From Octopus sinensis (Eukaryota): a stretch of DNA of 64,000 bases. Shown here in pieces: positions 28,870 to 42,396 of the stretch; position 1 is the stretch's first letter; every line of letters begins with the position of its first letter. The position numbers and the translations under genes are program-made. Under the pieces are notes generated by a model, which had not been told where the DNA came from, ran no database searches, and saw nothing but the letters and a program-made list of their open reading frames with translations. The stretch spans positions 36,518,001 through 36,582,000 of the forward strand of contig NC_043014.1 of NCBI RefSeq assembly GCF_006345805.1, read 5' to 3'.

Positions 28870-30572
28870 TGAAATAATTTTGTTTTGAAGTCTTCCATAG
28901 ATTGTTTCTGTTATAGTATTGTGGAATCTTTGCAAGTTGCTTGATAATTTAAATTTTGCAACATTTAACATTTTGGATACTTTAGGACCAGACTGTCGAT
29001 TTTTAGGCATTATCGAAAAATCTATTTTTTCACGCACTAGATGATGGTCAGTCCAGCTCTCTGCCCCTCTCATGACACGAACGCTAGAAACGTATTTCAT
29101 ACCACGTTCTCCTGATCAGAATATAATTTATGAGATGCCAGTGCTTAGATCTTGGGTGCATCTAGGTGGTTTTAAATTTATTTTTCTGCTTAAACAGGTC
29201 GGTCTTGAGTGCTACTGGTAACCTGTAATCCAGCAAAATGTGTCGCGTGGTCGGATCGTCGGCGACTAAACTTGCAACCCCACCAGGCTTGCTTGGTGAG
29301 GAGAGTTTTGTTGGACACTTTGCGGGATGAAGAAACATACATACATACTTTCTAAATTGAAAACGCTTCCCTTTTTTGCAGGTTACTAACTGATGAACCC
29401 CTTCTGCAACACTTACATGTCGCAATCAAATCACATTTTCCAGAAATAAATATTTGATTCAACACCATATATTGAGTGCTTTCTCCAGTTACTGCTCATT
29501 GATTTCTGATATTGAAAACATATTATATGAACGTGTGTGTGTTTGTTTGTGTGTGCGCGTACAATATATATGTGTACATACACGTACATATTTTCACCTA
29601 TAGGCAAGTACATTGTATCTATCTTTTTCCAACTAGAATCAGTTTTTCCTATGTTAGTGAAAGTATATAGGGGAATGACAGTCTCTTTTCTGTTTATAGG
29701 TGTAGTGTAGCAGAAGTAGAAATGTATTGGAAAATATTATTTAAACTCTTTCGAAATCATGGTCTATCAATCACAATAGAAGCAGATTACAGATTATAAT
29801 AATGACAGTAATATCAAAGAGATAGTAGTATAATTGTTGTTGTTTGTTCCTTCTCGAGTCACGCCTGGCTCATAAGGGCCGGTTTCCCGGTTTCCTTGGC
29901 GTATAGGTTCCCCACCTGCATGGGACGTCGGTCCGTCGCAGGTGAGCTGCAAGATGCAGGAGGGAAGAGTGAGAGAAAGTTGTGGCGAAAGTGTCAGCAG
30001 AAGTTCGCCATTACCTTCTGCCGGAGCCGTGTGGAGCATACGTGTTTCGCTCATAAACACACTCATCACCCGGTCTGAGATTCGAACCTGCGATCCCTCG
30101 ACTATGAGTCCACTGCTCTAACCACTAGGCCATGTGCCTCCACTAGTAGTATAATTAGTAATAGTCAAATAGAGGATATAACTGTAGTTGTTATGCTAAA
30201 AGTAATGATAGTCATAAGCGCCCTTTTGAAAATAAATGTCTACGTAGAGACATAGCACATCAATGTTCTGTCAAACACAAGGCAATATATACCAGTATAC
30301 AGGTATGACAGAGGATCACTTCGATAATTGATGGAAAAGTATCGTTTCTTCATTCCAGAATAAGAACGAAACACCTTAAATGAAAGGACACATTTGTCAC
30401 CTCAATAAAGACAATGTAAGATGCTCATTTTTTTGTTCATTACTGTAGGCAGCCTTTCCTTATGATGGAGATGATCAGGATTGTACTTCTGTATCGAAAT
30501 TACCCGCAATTTTATCTCACGAATGCTCATTTCTATAACGTTAGCATACATAACATTTCTATTATTACTGTT
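28870..30572 (+). repeat. Inverted segmental duplication, left arm 3 (partner 35661-37868)
   Basis: Reverse-complement match, about 98% by eye. The right arm carries an extra segment of about 530 bp (about 36415-36945). Confidence 0.92.
29860..30143 (-). mobile_element. tRNA-derived SINE, family 3 (inverted partner 36090-36365, which lacks its B-box segment)
   Basis: Head GTGGAGGCACATGGCCTAGTGGTTAGAGC...GGTTCGAATC. Confidence 0.85.
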
Positions 30573-30774
30573 TGTTAAATAATTTTTTTATAATACAATT
30601 GTCTTGCTAAGTAGGTTTCATCTCAGTCGAAATGAATATTTAATATTTGTTAGACTTATCACACCAATCCTCTCCTTTGACCTTTAACCACATCATAAGA
30701 TTTTTATGTCAGTAGCTGCAGATTGTATGTCTTTCGTCACTCCAGTGGGTTATTCTGGAAGAGAACTGGTGCTT

Positions 30775-31360
30775 TGTGATAAATTAGTAGTTCCGAAATA
30801 AAGAGATGAAATCTGCTATCATCCTTTGATGATAACACTCAATGCAATTTATCTCAATGTGATACGCTTGATCAGGTGTACAAAGCATTTTCAAAGTTTG
30901 GAATTAAACCGAGCTTACAATTGTCGAATCGATGTTACGGGAAAAAGCACTTAGCCTATACACCACGTTCTAAAGAACTAAAATATGTTATATAGAGCTA
31001 ATGATTTCATAATAACCATAAATGAGGATATGCACGGAGACCAAATTGAAGCTAACGTTTTCAGCTTTTTTGTTTATCTCCAGTCTTCTGAGGATCGAAT
31101 ACTGAAGCAGGCGAACTACAATGATAGCATCTGGATTCTTCGAGCCGAGCCCAAGAGAAAAGAAGAGACTTTGCAGTAGGCCAAGACGAGATGGTTAGAT
31201 AATATGCATAACCTCATTTGGTTAAGGTTAGGGATCCAGATAGAAAATATAGTAAAGGCTCCAATGGGGGAGGTGCCTGCGGTCAATAACCCCACGGCAC
31301 GTCGAGGAATTGTGGGCGAAGAAGATGGATACATGGAGCTTCTGAATACAAAACAGGTTT
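30775..31360 (+). mobile_element. Old Expander/REX3-like RTE relic, orthologous to about 48990-49890 (-)
   Basis: KTRWLDNMHNLIWLRLGIQIENIV here and RLHNVHNLSWSRFGILLENLV in gene C resemble the RTE terminus RTRWRDYVSRLAWERLGI. Nucleotide flanks align. Confidence 0.65.
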
Positions 31361-31429
31361 CGTAACCACTTGGATATAATTTGAGAGAGTATATGTGAGT
31401 GTGAGTATGTATGTATGTATTCATGCATG

Positions 31430-32050
31430 CATGTATGTATATGAATGCATGAATGTATGTAAATATGTTTGCGTATATAAATATATATGTATCTATATAT
31501 ATGTCCACATATTCATACATGCACACACACATACATACACGCACACACACAAATATATATAATGCACACAAATACATGCTTATGTGTAAGTAAATATACA
31601 CGTGTATGAATGTGTCATTCATCTGTTGTGGAGTTATTGCTAGTGACTTGGCTCCACACAGCCTTAGCACTGCTTACACAGTTAACCACTTTCAAGCAAC
31701 AGTTCCCAAAGTCCAGGATTAACAATAATTGGAGTGTTGTCAAATGTTTTAGTTTTGTATGAAGATTGTAATTTACATTAGTGAAACTATTCTTTTATTG
31801 TGAGGCCCTTTGTTCGAAGATAAACATATTTCGATTCTCTTTACTCTTTTTACTCTTTTATTTGTTTCAGTCATTTGACTGCGGCCATGCTGGAGCACCG
31901 CCTTTAGTCGAGCAAATCGACCCCGGGACTTATTCTTTGTAAGCCCAGTACATATTATATCGGTCTCTTTTGCCGAACCGCTTCGTGACGGGGACGTAAA
32001 TACACCAGCATCGGTTGTCAAGCAATGCTAGGGGGACAAACACACACACA

Positions 32051-32100
<50 letters not shown>

Positions 32101-33293
32101 CATATATACGACAGGCTTCTTTCAGTTTCCGTCTACCAAATCCACCCACAAGGCATTGGTCGGCCCGGGGCTATAGCAGAAGAAACTTGCCCAAGATGCC
32201 ACGCAGTGGGACTGAACCCGGAACCATGTGGTTGGTTAGCAAGCTACTTACTACACAGCCACTCCTGCGCCTATTGTTTTTTTTTCTTTTCAGTGAGATC
32301 TTTCATTAAGAAACTTGAATTTCTTAACCCGCCCGCTGAAGTAAACAAGCTAGCGATCTTCAGATGTTCAGCATACATCGGTGCACCTTTTGGCGCTACT
32401 GACTTTTTATGGAGTCATGAGACAAAACACCACAAATGGATAAATGTGAGTGAAGTGCATGTTCGACCTTATGGAAAGTGTTTATCTCCAGCAGTGTCAC
32501 TTAACAAAATCGTTATAAGAGAGGGGGACATTGGTAACTCAAGCGTCTCATGTTCTGTATACAGTGAATCACGCACTCTACAGCTCACCAGCAAAACAGG
32601 TAAACAAATTTTCTTTGATTTATCTTCCTTAACGCCTTTATATATTCTTGTTCCTTAACGTCTCCTGAAACAATATTTCTGGTTAAGTTACACCTTCCAG
32701 TAAATTTGTACATCCACTCACGGTTATATTGACAATTATATTTATCCTTGACAGGTATATCATTACGATTAACCAAATTTATATATTTGCTTTTTTAAGA
32801 TTCTGGAGACATTTAGTTGATATAAGAAGCTGCATCCTTTAAATGCACTCTATATGACATGGTTTGCATAAAGTCCTCCTTATGGCGGAAATTGTAGTGA
32901 AAAGGTCCGTACAGCACGGAAAAAGCGGACTTTCTCTTTATATATACATACACATGCCCGCATTGCACGTACACACGTACACACGCAGGGACGCACGCAC
33001 GCGCACACACACATGCATACACACACGCACACACTATACACAGATTAGTAGAGAAATGGTGCATCCCTTCCCACGTGGCAAAGTGGTATGTCTCAGCCAC
33101 TATAAAGTCAGCAATCATTTGTTGTTTGGTCAGTCAGTAGTAGCAGAGTTGTTATTTCGTTTGCAGGCTGGTTAACATCTTGAAATTTTCTGTGAGTTGA
33201 ATTGTTTTTCACTGTGTTTGACTGTTCTGTGTTCAACGGCACATCGTTTTGCTGCCTAAGGCGGCTTTTTGACGCTTTCTTCCTTGTTTGAAA
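31430..33293 (+). repeat. Direct segmental duplication, copy 2 (partner 2155-4031)
   Basis: As above. Similarity ends at tccttgtttgaaag. Confidence 0.9.
32294..32599 (+). pseudogene. Copy B, orphan Ig-like domain 2 exon (301/306 nt identical to gene A)
   Basis: Same splice sites and open frame as 3044-3349. I found no domain-1, linker or GPI exon nearby on this strand. Confidence 0.75.
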
Positions 33294-33512
33294 GTGAAAT
33301 AAAAATAACAATAAAAATAAAAACGCTTACCCTCTCCTTTCTCTCCAGAAAGGAAAGGGTAAACTATTAGTGGTTTGGAGTTTGGCTGCTCTTACCAGTG
33401 AGTCGGATGTCCTATTATGGCCATCCCTTATATGTTTGAATGTATATTTCTAGAATTTTTTGCTACCCTAAAATTTATCAATTAATGATATGTATATATA
33501 TATATATATATA

Positions 33513-35584
33513 TCTATATATATAAAACTCTAGTTGTGTGAGTGTCTGTCCCCTTCGATTTAGATTCCTAACTACTCCCACATTTTGCGGTGCAGTTTAA
33601 CCAAATTCGGGTATCTTATAGTCGTGATTCATATCGAGCCCGTCTGACTATTAGCGCGCGTCAACGATGAGTCTACGATTTTAAAAATAATTTAACATCA
33701 TTTTTTATTCCATTTTAATGCATAAAATGCATCGTATGTCGATGGCGGCGGAGTTGGCGTCCACGCTCACAGCTGCACCTGTTTGCTTCTCCCGCTTCCC
33801 TCCTTCGTGAAGCTGTGGGGAAGGGAGTGTAAAGAAATCAACGTCGTAATGCGTTGTGAAGGAAACCAGCGTTCTTTTAGAACAACGACTTCATGGCTTG
33901 AAGACACCAAAACAAAAATGGCTAAGAAAGCCCGAATTTATAAGGGAAGTAACTCTCTAAAAATGCTTATATAGTTATTTCCCTTACAAACCCGAGCAAC
34001 GCCGGGCGATACTGCTAGTCTATATATATAAAACTCTAGTTGTGTGAGTGTCTGTCCCCTTCGATTTAGATTCATAACTCCTCCCACATTTTGCGGTGCA
34101 GTTTAACCAAATTCGGGTATCTTATAGTCGTGATTAATATCGAGCCCGTCTGACTATTAGCGCGCGTCTACGATGAGTCTACGATTTTAAAAATAATTTA
34201 ACATCATTTTTTATTCCATTTTAATGCATAAAATGCATCGTATGTCGATGGCGGCGGAGTTGGCGTCCATGGTCACACCTGTACATGTTTGCTTCTCTCC
34301 CTTCTTCCCTCCCTCGTGAAGCTGTGGGGAAGGGAGTGTAAAGAAATCAACGTCGTAATGCGTTGTGAAGGAAACCAGCGTTCTTTTAGAACAACGACTT
34401 CATGGCTTGAAGACACCAAAACAAAAATGGCTAAGAAAGCCCGAATTTATAAGGGAAGTAACTCTCTAAAAATGCTTATATAGTTATTTCCCTTACAAAC
34501 CCGAGCAACGCCGGGCGATACTGCTAGTATATATATAAAACTCTAGTTGTGTGAGTGTCTGTCCCCTTCGATTTAGATTCCTAACTACTCCCACATTTTG
34601 CGGTGCAGTTTAACCAAATTCGGGTATCTTATAGTCGTAATTCATATCGAGCCCGTCTGGCTATTAGCGCGCGTCTACGATGAGTCTACGATTTTAAAAA
34701 TAATTTAACATCATTTTTTATTCCATTTTAATGCATAATTTTTCGTGTGTCGATGGCGGCGGAGTTGGCGTCCATGGTCACACCTGTACATGTTTGCTTC
34801 TCTCCCTTCTTCCCTCCCTCGTGAAGCTGTGGGGAAGGGAGTGTAAGGAAATCAACGTCGTAAAGCGTTGTCAAGGAGACCAGCGTTCTTTTAGAACAAC
34901 GACTTCATGGCTTGAAGACACTGAGTCAACGATTTAAAAAAAAAATTATCATCAATTTTTATTCCATTTTTAATGCATTTTTTGCTATAACTCTCTAAAA
35001 ATGCTTATATAGTTATTTCCCATACAAACCCGAGCAACGCCGGGCGATACTGCTAGTATATATATATATACTAGCAGTATCGCCCGGCGTTGCTCGGGTT
35101 TGTAAGGGAAATAACTATATAAGCATTTTTAGAGAGTTACTTCCCTTATAGATGCCAATTCGGGCTTTCTTAGCTATTTCTGTTTTGGTGTCTTCAAGCC
35201 ATGAAGTCGTTGTTCTAAAAGAACGCTGGTCTCCTTGACAACGCTTTACGTCGTTGATTTCCTTACAGTCCCTTCCCCACAGCTTCACGAGGGAGGGAAG
35301 AAGGGGGGAGAAACAAACAGGTGCAGCTGTGACCATGGACGCCAACTCCGCCGCCATCGACACACGAAAAATTATGCATTAAAATGGAATAAAAAATGAT
35401 GTTAAATTATTTTTAAAATCGTAGACTCATCGTAGACGCGCGCTAATACTCAGACGGGCTCGATATGAATTACGACTATAAGATACCCGAATTTGGTTAA
35501 ACTGCACCGCAAAATGTGGGAGTAGTTAGGAATCTAAATCGAAGGGGACAGACACTCACACAACTACAGTTTTATATATAAAGA
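33513..35584. mobile_element. Array of four non-autonomous Helitrons of about 510 bp: 33513-34018 +, 34019-34527 +, 34528-35056 +, 35071-35584 -
   Basis: 5'-TC(TA)nAAAA start. 3' hairpin CCCGAGC-AAC-GCCGGG 8 nt before CTAG. Head-to-tail junction CTAG|TC at 34018/34019. No TIRs or TSDs. Confidence 0.85.
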
Positions 35585-35660
35585 TATACATGTGTGTATG
35601 TGTGTGCGTGTGTGTGTGTCTGTGCTCATACACGCGTATATATTTTCTAATATAAATACA

Positions 35661-37868
35661 CAACGTAATAATAGAAATGTTAGGTATGCTAACTTTATAG
35701 AAATGAGCATTGGTGAGATAAAATTGGGGGTAATTTCAATACAGAAGTACGATCATGATCATCTCCATCATAAGGAAAGGCTGCCTACAGTAATGAACAA
35801 AAAAATGAGCATCTTACATTGTCTTTATTGAGGTGACAAATTTGTCCTTTCATTTAAGGTGTTTCGTTCTTATTCTGGAATGAAGAAACGATACTTTTCC
35901 ATCAATTATCGAAGTGATCCTCTGTCATACCTGTATACTGGTATATATTGCCTTGTGTTTGACAGAACATTGATGTGCTATGTCTCTACGTAGACATTTA
36001 TTTTCAAAAGGGTGCTTATGACTATCATTACTTTTAGCATAACAACTACAGTGATATCCTCTATTTGACTATTACTAATTATACTACTAGTGGAGGCACA
36101 TGGCCTAGTGGTTAGAGCAGTGGACTCATAGTCGAGGGTGATGAGTGTGTTTATGAGCGAAACACGTATGCTCCACGCGGCTCCGGCAGAAGGTAATGGC
36201 GAACTTCTGCTGACACTTTCGCCACAACTTTCTCTCACTCTTCCCTCCTGCATCTTGCAGCTCACCTGCGACGGACCGACGTCCCATGCAGGTGGGGAAC
36301 CTATACGCCAAGGAAGCCGGGAAACCGGCCCTTATGAGCCAGGCGTGGCTCGAGAAGGAACAAACAACAACAATTATACTACTATCTCTTTGATATTACT
36401 GTCATTATTATAATATATTTGACACTGTTATTATTACAGTTCCTACTATTATTGTTACAACAATTACAACAATTAATGTGCTTAGAGTTGGTACAATCGT
36501 TAGCACGCCTGAACAAATTCTCGGTCATGTCGCATGTTCTGAGATCAAATACCACCAAGGTCGACTTTGTCTTTCACCATTTCGATGTCGGTAAAGTAAC
36601 TATTGATTGAGCACTGGGATCGTTTTAATTGTCTAAGCCTCATCCACCAAATGCTTGACCTTAGTCCCGTTGTAGAAAGGACCATACTATCACTGTTAAC
36701 GTTATTACTATTACTGGTACTACTACCAAATCTAACGTCTGATTTACCTTCAATAGCTGTGTTGTTGTCACTTCAGGAAATTGTTCGTGTCTCGCACATT
36801 ATGTACCCGTACCTTGAGTCCTGGTCTATGTGCAGCCTCTGGGCATATACGTTGCAGACATATAAATACTTGTAAATCGTTTGATTTATGGAACGGTGTA
36901 CATAATCCTACGTTGAATCTTGATATATCTAGAAAATTAGCTGATCTGTAATCTGCTTCTATTGTGATTGATAGACCATGATTTCGAAAGAGTTTAAATA
37001 ATATTTTTCAATACATTTCTACTTCTGCTACACTACACCTATAAACAGAAAAGAGATTGTCATTCCCCTATATACTTTCACTAACATAGGAAAAACTGAT
37101 TCTAGTTGGAAAAAGATAGGTACAATGTACTTGCCTATAGGTGAAAATATGTACGTGTATGTACACATATATATTGCACGCGCACACACAAACAAACACA
37201 CACACATTCATATAATATGTTTTCAATATCAGAAATCAATGAGCAGTAACTGGAGAAAGCACTCAATATATGGTGTTGAATCAAATATTTATTTCTGGAA
37301 AATGTGATTTGATTGCGACATGTAAGTGTTGCAGAAGGGGTTCATCAGTTAGTAACCTGCAAAAAAGGGAAGCGTTTTCAATTTAGAAAGTATGTATGTA
37401 TGTTTCTTCATCCCGCAAAATGTCCTACAAAACTCTCCTCGCCAAGCAAGCCTCGTGGGGTTGCAAGTTTAGTCGCCGACGATCCAACCACACGACACAT
37501 TTTGCTGAATTACAGGTTACCAGTAGCACTCAAGACCGACCTGTTTAAGCAGAAAAATAAATTTAAAACCACCTGGATGCACCCAAGATCTAAGCACTGG
37601 CATCTCATAAATTATATTCTGATCAGGAGAACGTGGTATGAAATACGTTTCTAGCGTTCGTGTCATGAGAGGGGCAGAGAGCTGGACTGACCATCATCTA
37701 GTGCGTGGAAAAATAGATTTTTCGATAATGCCTAAAAATCGACAGTCTGGTCCTAAAGTATCCAAAATGTTAAATGTTGCAATATTTAAATTATTTAGCA
37801 ACTTGCAAAGATTCCACAATACTATAACAGAAACAATCTATAGAAGACTTCAAAACAAAATTATTTCA
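35661..37868 (-). repeat. Inverted segmental duplication, right arm 3
   Basis: Reverse complement of 28870-30572. Confidence 0.92.
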
Positions 37869-39260
37869 GGCTGCAAGTCCGTCGGTGGGATTTAATCTCA
37901 TAAATCCAGTGACTGGTTTTCAGATCAGCAGAAATTCATGATCTACTGTTAGAAAAACAAAACTTAGGCAATACACTTCTTTCTCAGTTCTTGAACCCCA
38001 ACTCAAACGAAACTTACAGAAAGCTGTAAAGGAAGGTGTAGATTGCTCTAAGGAAAATTAAACAGAAATGGTGAAATGATAGAACAAAAGGGCACAAGGA
38101 GCAGCTGATAGAAATGATGCCAAGTGTTTGTACTCTCATGTTAAGGCGGTATATGGCCCAAAATCTTCTTCAGTAGCTCCAGTGAGAACAGAAAATGTTT
38201 TTCTTCTGACTGATATCGCTTCTATTCATAAGCACTGGGTAGAACATTTTTCTGCACTTTTGCATTGACCGTCATCTGCTGACATGTGGACGATAGAAAA
38301 AAATTGAACATCTTCCAGTTATAGAAGAGATGGCATTTGAACCAACTCTAAATGACGTCTGATGGAATCTGTGCAGAAATCTTGAAATATGGGGGTGATA
38401 AAATGTATGATCTCTTAAATATATTAAGTTGTGACTGTTGGAGAACTGAGAAAGGTCCTCCAGACTGGACTGATGCCATTTTAGTCTCTTTGTATAAATC
38501 GGGTCCAAAGGATCTGTGTGGGAAATTTCGTGGGATTTCGCTTTTGGCTGTGGTTGGAAAGGTACTTGCCCACATTTTGTTAGAACGTTTAAATACCTTT
38601 ATAGTTCCAAACATAGTGTCTGAGTCTCAGTGTGGTTTTCGATCCTCCAGGGTCACAGCTGATTGTATCTTTACTGTCAGACAATTGGAAGCACTCCGTC
38701 GGTTACGACGACGAGGGTTCCGGTTGATCCGAATCAACGGAACAGCCTGCTCGTGAAATTAACGTGTAAGTGGCTGAGCACTCCACAGACACGTGTACCC
38801 TTAACGTAGTTTTCGGGGATATTCAGCGTGACACAGAGAGTGACAAGGCCGGCCCTTTGACATACAAGGTACAACAGAAACAGGAAGTAAGAGAAAGTTG
38901 TGGTGAAAGAGTACAGCAGGGATCACCACCATCCCCTGCCGGAGGCTCGTGGAGCTTTAGGTGTTTTCGCTCAATAAACACTCACAACGCCCGGTCTGGG
39001 AATCGAAACCGAGATCCTATGACCGCGAGTTCGCTGCCCTAACCACTGGGCCATTGCGCCTCCACTATGTCAGACAATTACAAGTGCATTGAACAGAATC
39101 TTGATCTATAACATTGCTTTGTTGATTTGAGCAAAGCATTCGATACTGTTAATCGAAATGCTCTGTGGTTAATTCTAAGGAAAATAGGTTGCCCAGAAAA
39201 ATAAACAAGGTCAGGGCTTTCCATGAAGATATGAAGGCTAGAGTTAATTTTGGTGGTAGG
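37400..39260 (+). mobile_element. Decayed RTE (BovB-like) LINE
   Basis: TTWMHPRSKHWHLI, WTDH, DGICAEILK, RGISLL..VGKVLA..LL.RL, ESQCGFR and FVDLSKAFDTVNR motifs. Confidence 0.88.
38687..39067 (-). mobile_element. tRNA-derived SINE, family 2, inserted into an RTE RT with a 12-bp TSD
   Basis: TSD tgtcagacaatt at 38675-38686 and 39068-39079. The RT reading FTVRQL...CIEQN resumes after it. Confidence 0.92.
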
Positions 39261-39419
39261 CTCTCTGAATCTTTTTAAAAAAGGCAATGTAGTAAGCACA
39301 AATTAAGCAGAAACTAAATCAATAAGATTTTATACAAGGATAACAAAATCACAAGAAAACAAAATGAAAAATATTTTACTAACCAGGTTGATTCTGTTTC
39401 TTTATATTTTTCGAGATCC

Positions 39420-39499
39420 TTAACGCAAATTGCTAATAAAAAGCATGTATGTTGCAAATGTTACAATCTTAGTCATAATATCTGCATTATACAATTTTT
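39420..39499 (-). CDS. Gene C, last coding exon: GPI-signal-like tail (E)KLYNADIMTKIVTFATYMLFISNLR*
   Basis: Acceptor ttttctctctctgttacag|AA, 80 nt to TAA. Clear homolog of 11184-11263. Confidence 0.75.
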
Positions 39500-40885
39500 C
39501 TGTAACAGAGAGAGAAAATATATTTCATTCTAATTTTGATACAAGGGCAGAAAGTTTGGAGGAGGAGATATCCATTACGTCGACTCCAGTACTCAACATT
39601 TACTTATTTTATCGACCCCGAAAAGATGAAAGACAAAGTCAAGCCGGACAAAATGCCGCTAAGCATTTTTCCGGCGTGCACACGATTCTGCGAGCTCTAC
39701 GCCACAGAAAACATAATCAAGGAGATTGGGAATTTACCTAAACATGTGTAAACAATGAAAAACAAAAACTATAACAACAGGAAAATTATAGCAACAAATT
39801 TCCCTACCAGAGGGAAATGCATCCAGAGGCAACCAAGGAACCCACAGATCCTGAGTCACCCTGCTCACCAGTAGTGTCATAGTAAATGCTTCTCTCCCGC
39901 CGGTTTTCTCAAACTACAAGCTCACGCTTAGTCTAGGGCAATTCATCCACTGTCCAACGAATTTACTTGGAGGAAGCACCTCCTTTTGCATGTTTATTTT
40001 CGTTTCTAACTGGAACTTGAAAAGTCATGAGAGTTATCACACGATCACATGCGCCATGACCTCCTGGTAGATGTAATAAACGAAAAGTGACAGGGCGATT
40101 TTCATTATATAAAATATAACCGGATCCATCTGGCAAATGATTGCGGCTGCTCAACGTAAATCTTCAAGACAGCGACGCTCAAGAATTGTACGATCGATTG
40201 AAGGACACTTTTATGGCGCTGTGTGCTCTTGAGCGGATGTGGCTAAAGGCAATGCCACGCTTGTAGGCTTTACCCCGTATCGGCAGTGTCTTACAATATC
40301 ACTGCCAGGCGAAGGATTTTTAGAATTAAATCATAGACTCCGGCTCGGAAATTCTTCGGACAGAACAAGTGTATTGTTTTTCCTACGCGCTCAGAGTTCC
40401 CTCGACGACGTCGTTGCTCTTATTCCCCAGTAATCATTTATAGTTTGGCTTGGTTACACGCAGTATATAACGTAGTATAACGTTTTCGCCGTTGTTGGCC
40501 CAGACCATGTTAAACTTGACAACACTGCCTGGAGAACTCTATTAAGTGATATTTTAACTAAACTTTACTTACTCGTGGATAGAATTTTATGCCGAAATAT
40601 GTTCGGATGTCGATTGTTTGCTTTGTATTTCTCGGTGGAATTTGTTCAATAAACTTTTGAATCTTACGAAAACTTTTATTTCTGTGATTTTCAGAATTAT
40701 GTTACGTATAACAAAAAAAAATCTGACTCAAGTCGCAATGTTGTCATGTGAGATGAACTTGATTGTTGTAGCTTGGGGACGTATGGCTCGGGACCAATCC
40801 CTGGGTAAATGTCTTCTAAAGTAGTCCAAGAATATCCAACGACTTGTAAGTGATTTGCCAGACAGAAACTGTGCAGAATCCCGTC

Positions 40886-40953
<68 letters not shown>

Positions 40954-41014
40954 ATCACGGAGATGTACTTGCATAGCAAGTGATTTGATCTGAGATCGTG
41001 TGCTGAAACGAAAA

Positions 41015-41240
41015 ACAATTGCAACGTGGAAGGTGTTTGTAAGCCATTTAAGAAACACACAAAAGCCGTTCGATTCCCTTCAACATTTAAGTTTAATTTG
41101 TCAAAATATTTTCGTCGCTGTAAGACCGCTAACTGTTTACTGACAAAAATCCGTGCTACAACTTAAATGTTGAAGTGAATCGAACGGCTTTTGTGTGTTT
41201 CTTAAATGGCTTACAAACACCTTCCACCTTGCAATTGTTT
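41015..41240. repeat. Inverted repeat of about 80 bp with a spacer of about 65 bp; a second, more diverged inverted repeat lies at about 41430-41690
   Basis: aacaattgcaacgtggaagg...caacatttaagtt is mirrored at 41160-41240. Probably Penelope-type inverted terminal repeats. Confidence 0.85.
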
Positions 41241-41822
41241 ATATATAGGGAGAATTCACGAAAAAAACAAAAGACGAAGACAGATGGTGTAGAAAACAAA
41301 CAGATGTATTAGTATAACGCTCGGGAATTGAAAAAGTCTTTTACGTTTCGAGCCTACGCTTTTCCACAGAAAGAAACAAGGAGAGAAAAAAATGTGTATA
41401 GTGGCTACCGATCTATATGGTACTTTTATATAGGCTAAAAGCCTACGCCAATAACCGTGCAATGACTAAGAAAAATAGTATAATAACAGGGAATATAAGT
41501 CCTCGACAGAAAAAAGGCTTTCCTATCCATGCGTAAACGTAACACACATAGTCGCATTAACAAAGGGATGTGGGTTCGAGTCCCACGCGGACAGCAAAGC
41601 CTTCTTTTTTCTGTCGAGGGATTATATGTCCCGTTATTAGACTATTTTCCTTAGTTACTGCACGGTGATCGCCAGAAGCTTTAAGCTTATATAAAAATGC
41701 CATTATTATTATTTACAGAATTGTAAAATACTGCACCGTAGAGCAGAACCGTATAGCAGTGATCAAGCATATGGGTGTCCACATAGTGGTCTCCCTCTAA
41801 CATATATATATAATAGTTTTAC

Positions 41823-42342
41823 TGAACCTTCAGTTTTTTTATGCTAGACCACTGGTGTGAAATCGATGTTAATTAAATTTATATCTAATTTCTCACCTTC
41901 ATTTTAAATTTAAAATTAAATCAATAAGTTCTTTAACCGGCAAAGGCCGCTGTAGTAAGGTGTTATTTGCAGCATCAGTTTTTCCGTTAATTTAGCGCGC
42001 CAAAACGAGGACATTTGAAATAGTAACCACGAGTGTAATGGGTAGGACTGTTTTACAAGTTTGAATTTTTGTGGACGTCCTAGTATGCAGTCCTGCAAAT
42101 TATATTCACTTTGGACGGTCGTACCGATGATCTATGGATATTACGTAAGTTACGTAAGAAAGATTGCGTAATTTGTTGATAGTGAAACATGTATACGAAT
42201 AATCCATATTTTTATTACTTTTCCTTTTGTCTTGCTCAATTACGTTTTGGTTGTTTTTGCTAAAGTTTTCTTGAGAACATTTCTTGGTGGTGAGACCGTA
42301 GCGGATCTTTCTAGCATATGGGTGTCCACATAGTGGTTTCCC

Positions 42343-42396
<54 letters not shown>

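Noticed and set aside
33513-35584. Regular array suggesting a CRISPR or satellite
   Set aside because: The units are about 510 bp with Helitron termini and there are no unique spacers.
41560-41615. tRNA-like GGTTCGAGTCCC segment, and the tRNA-like SINE heads
   Set aside because: No complete cloverleaf or acceptor stem. These are repeat-derived.
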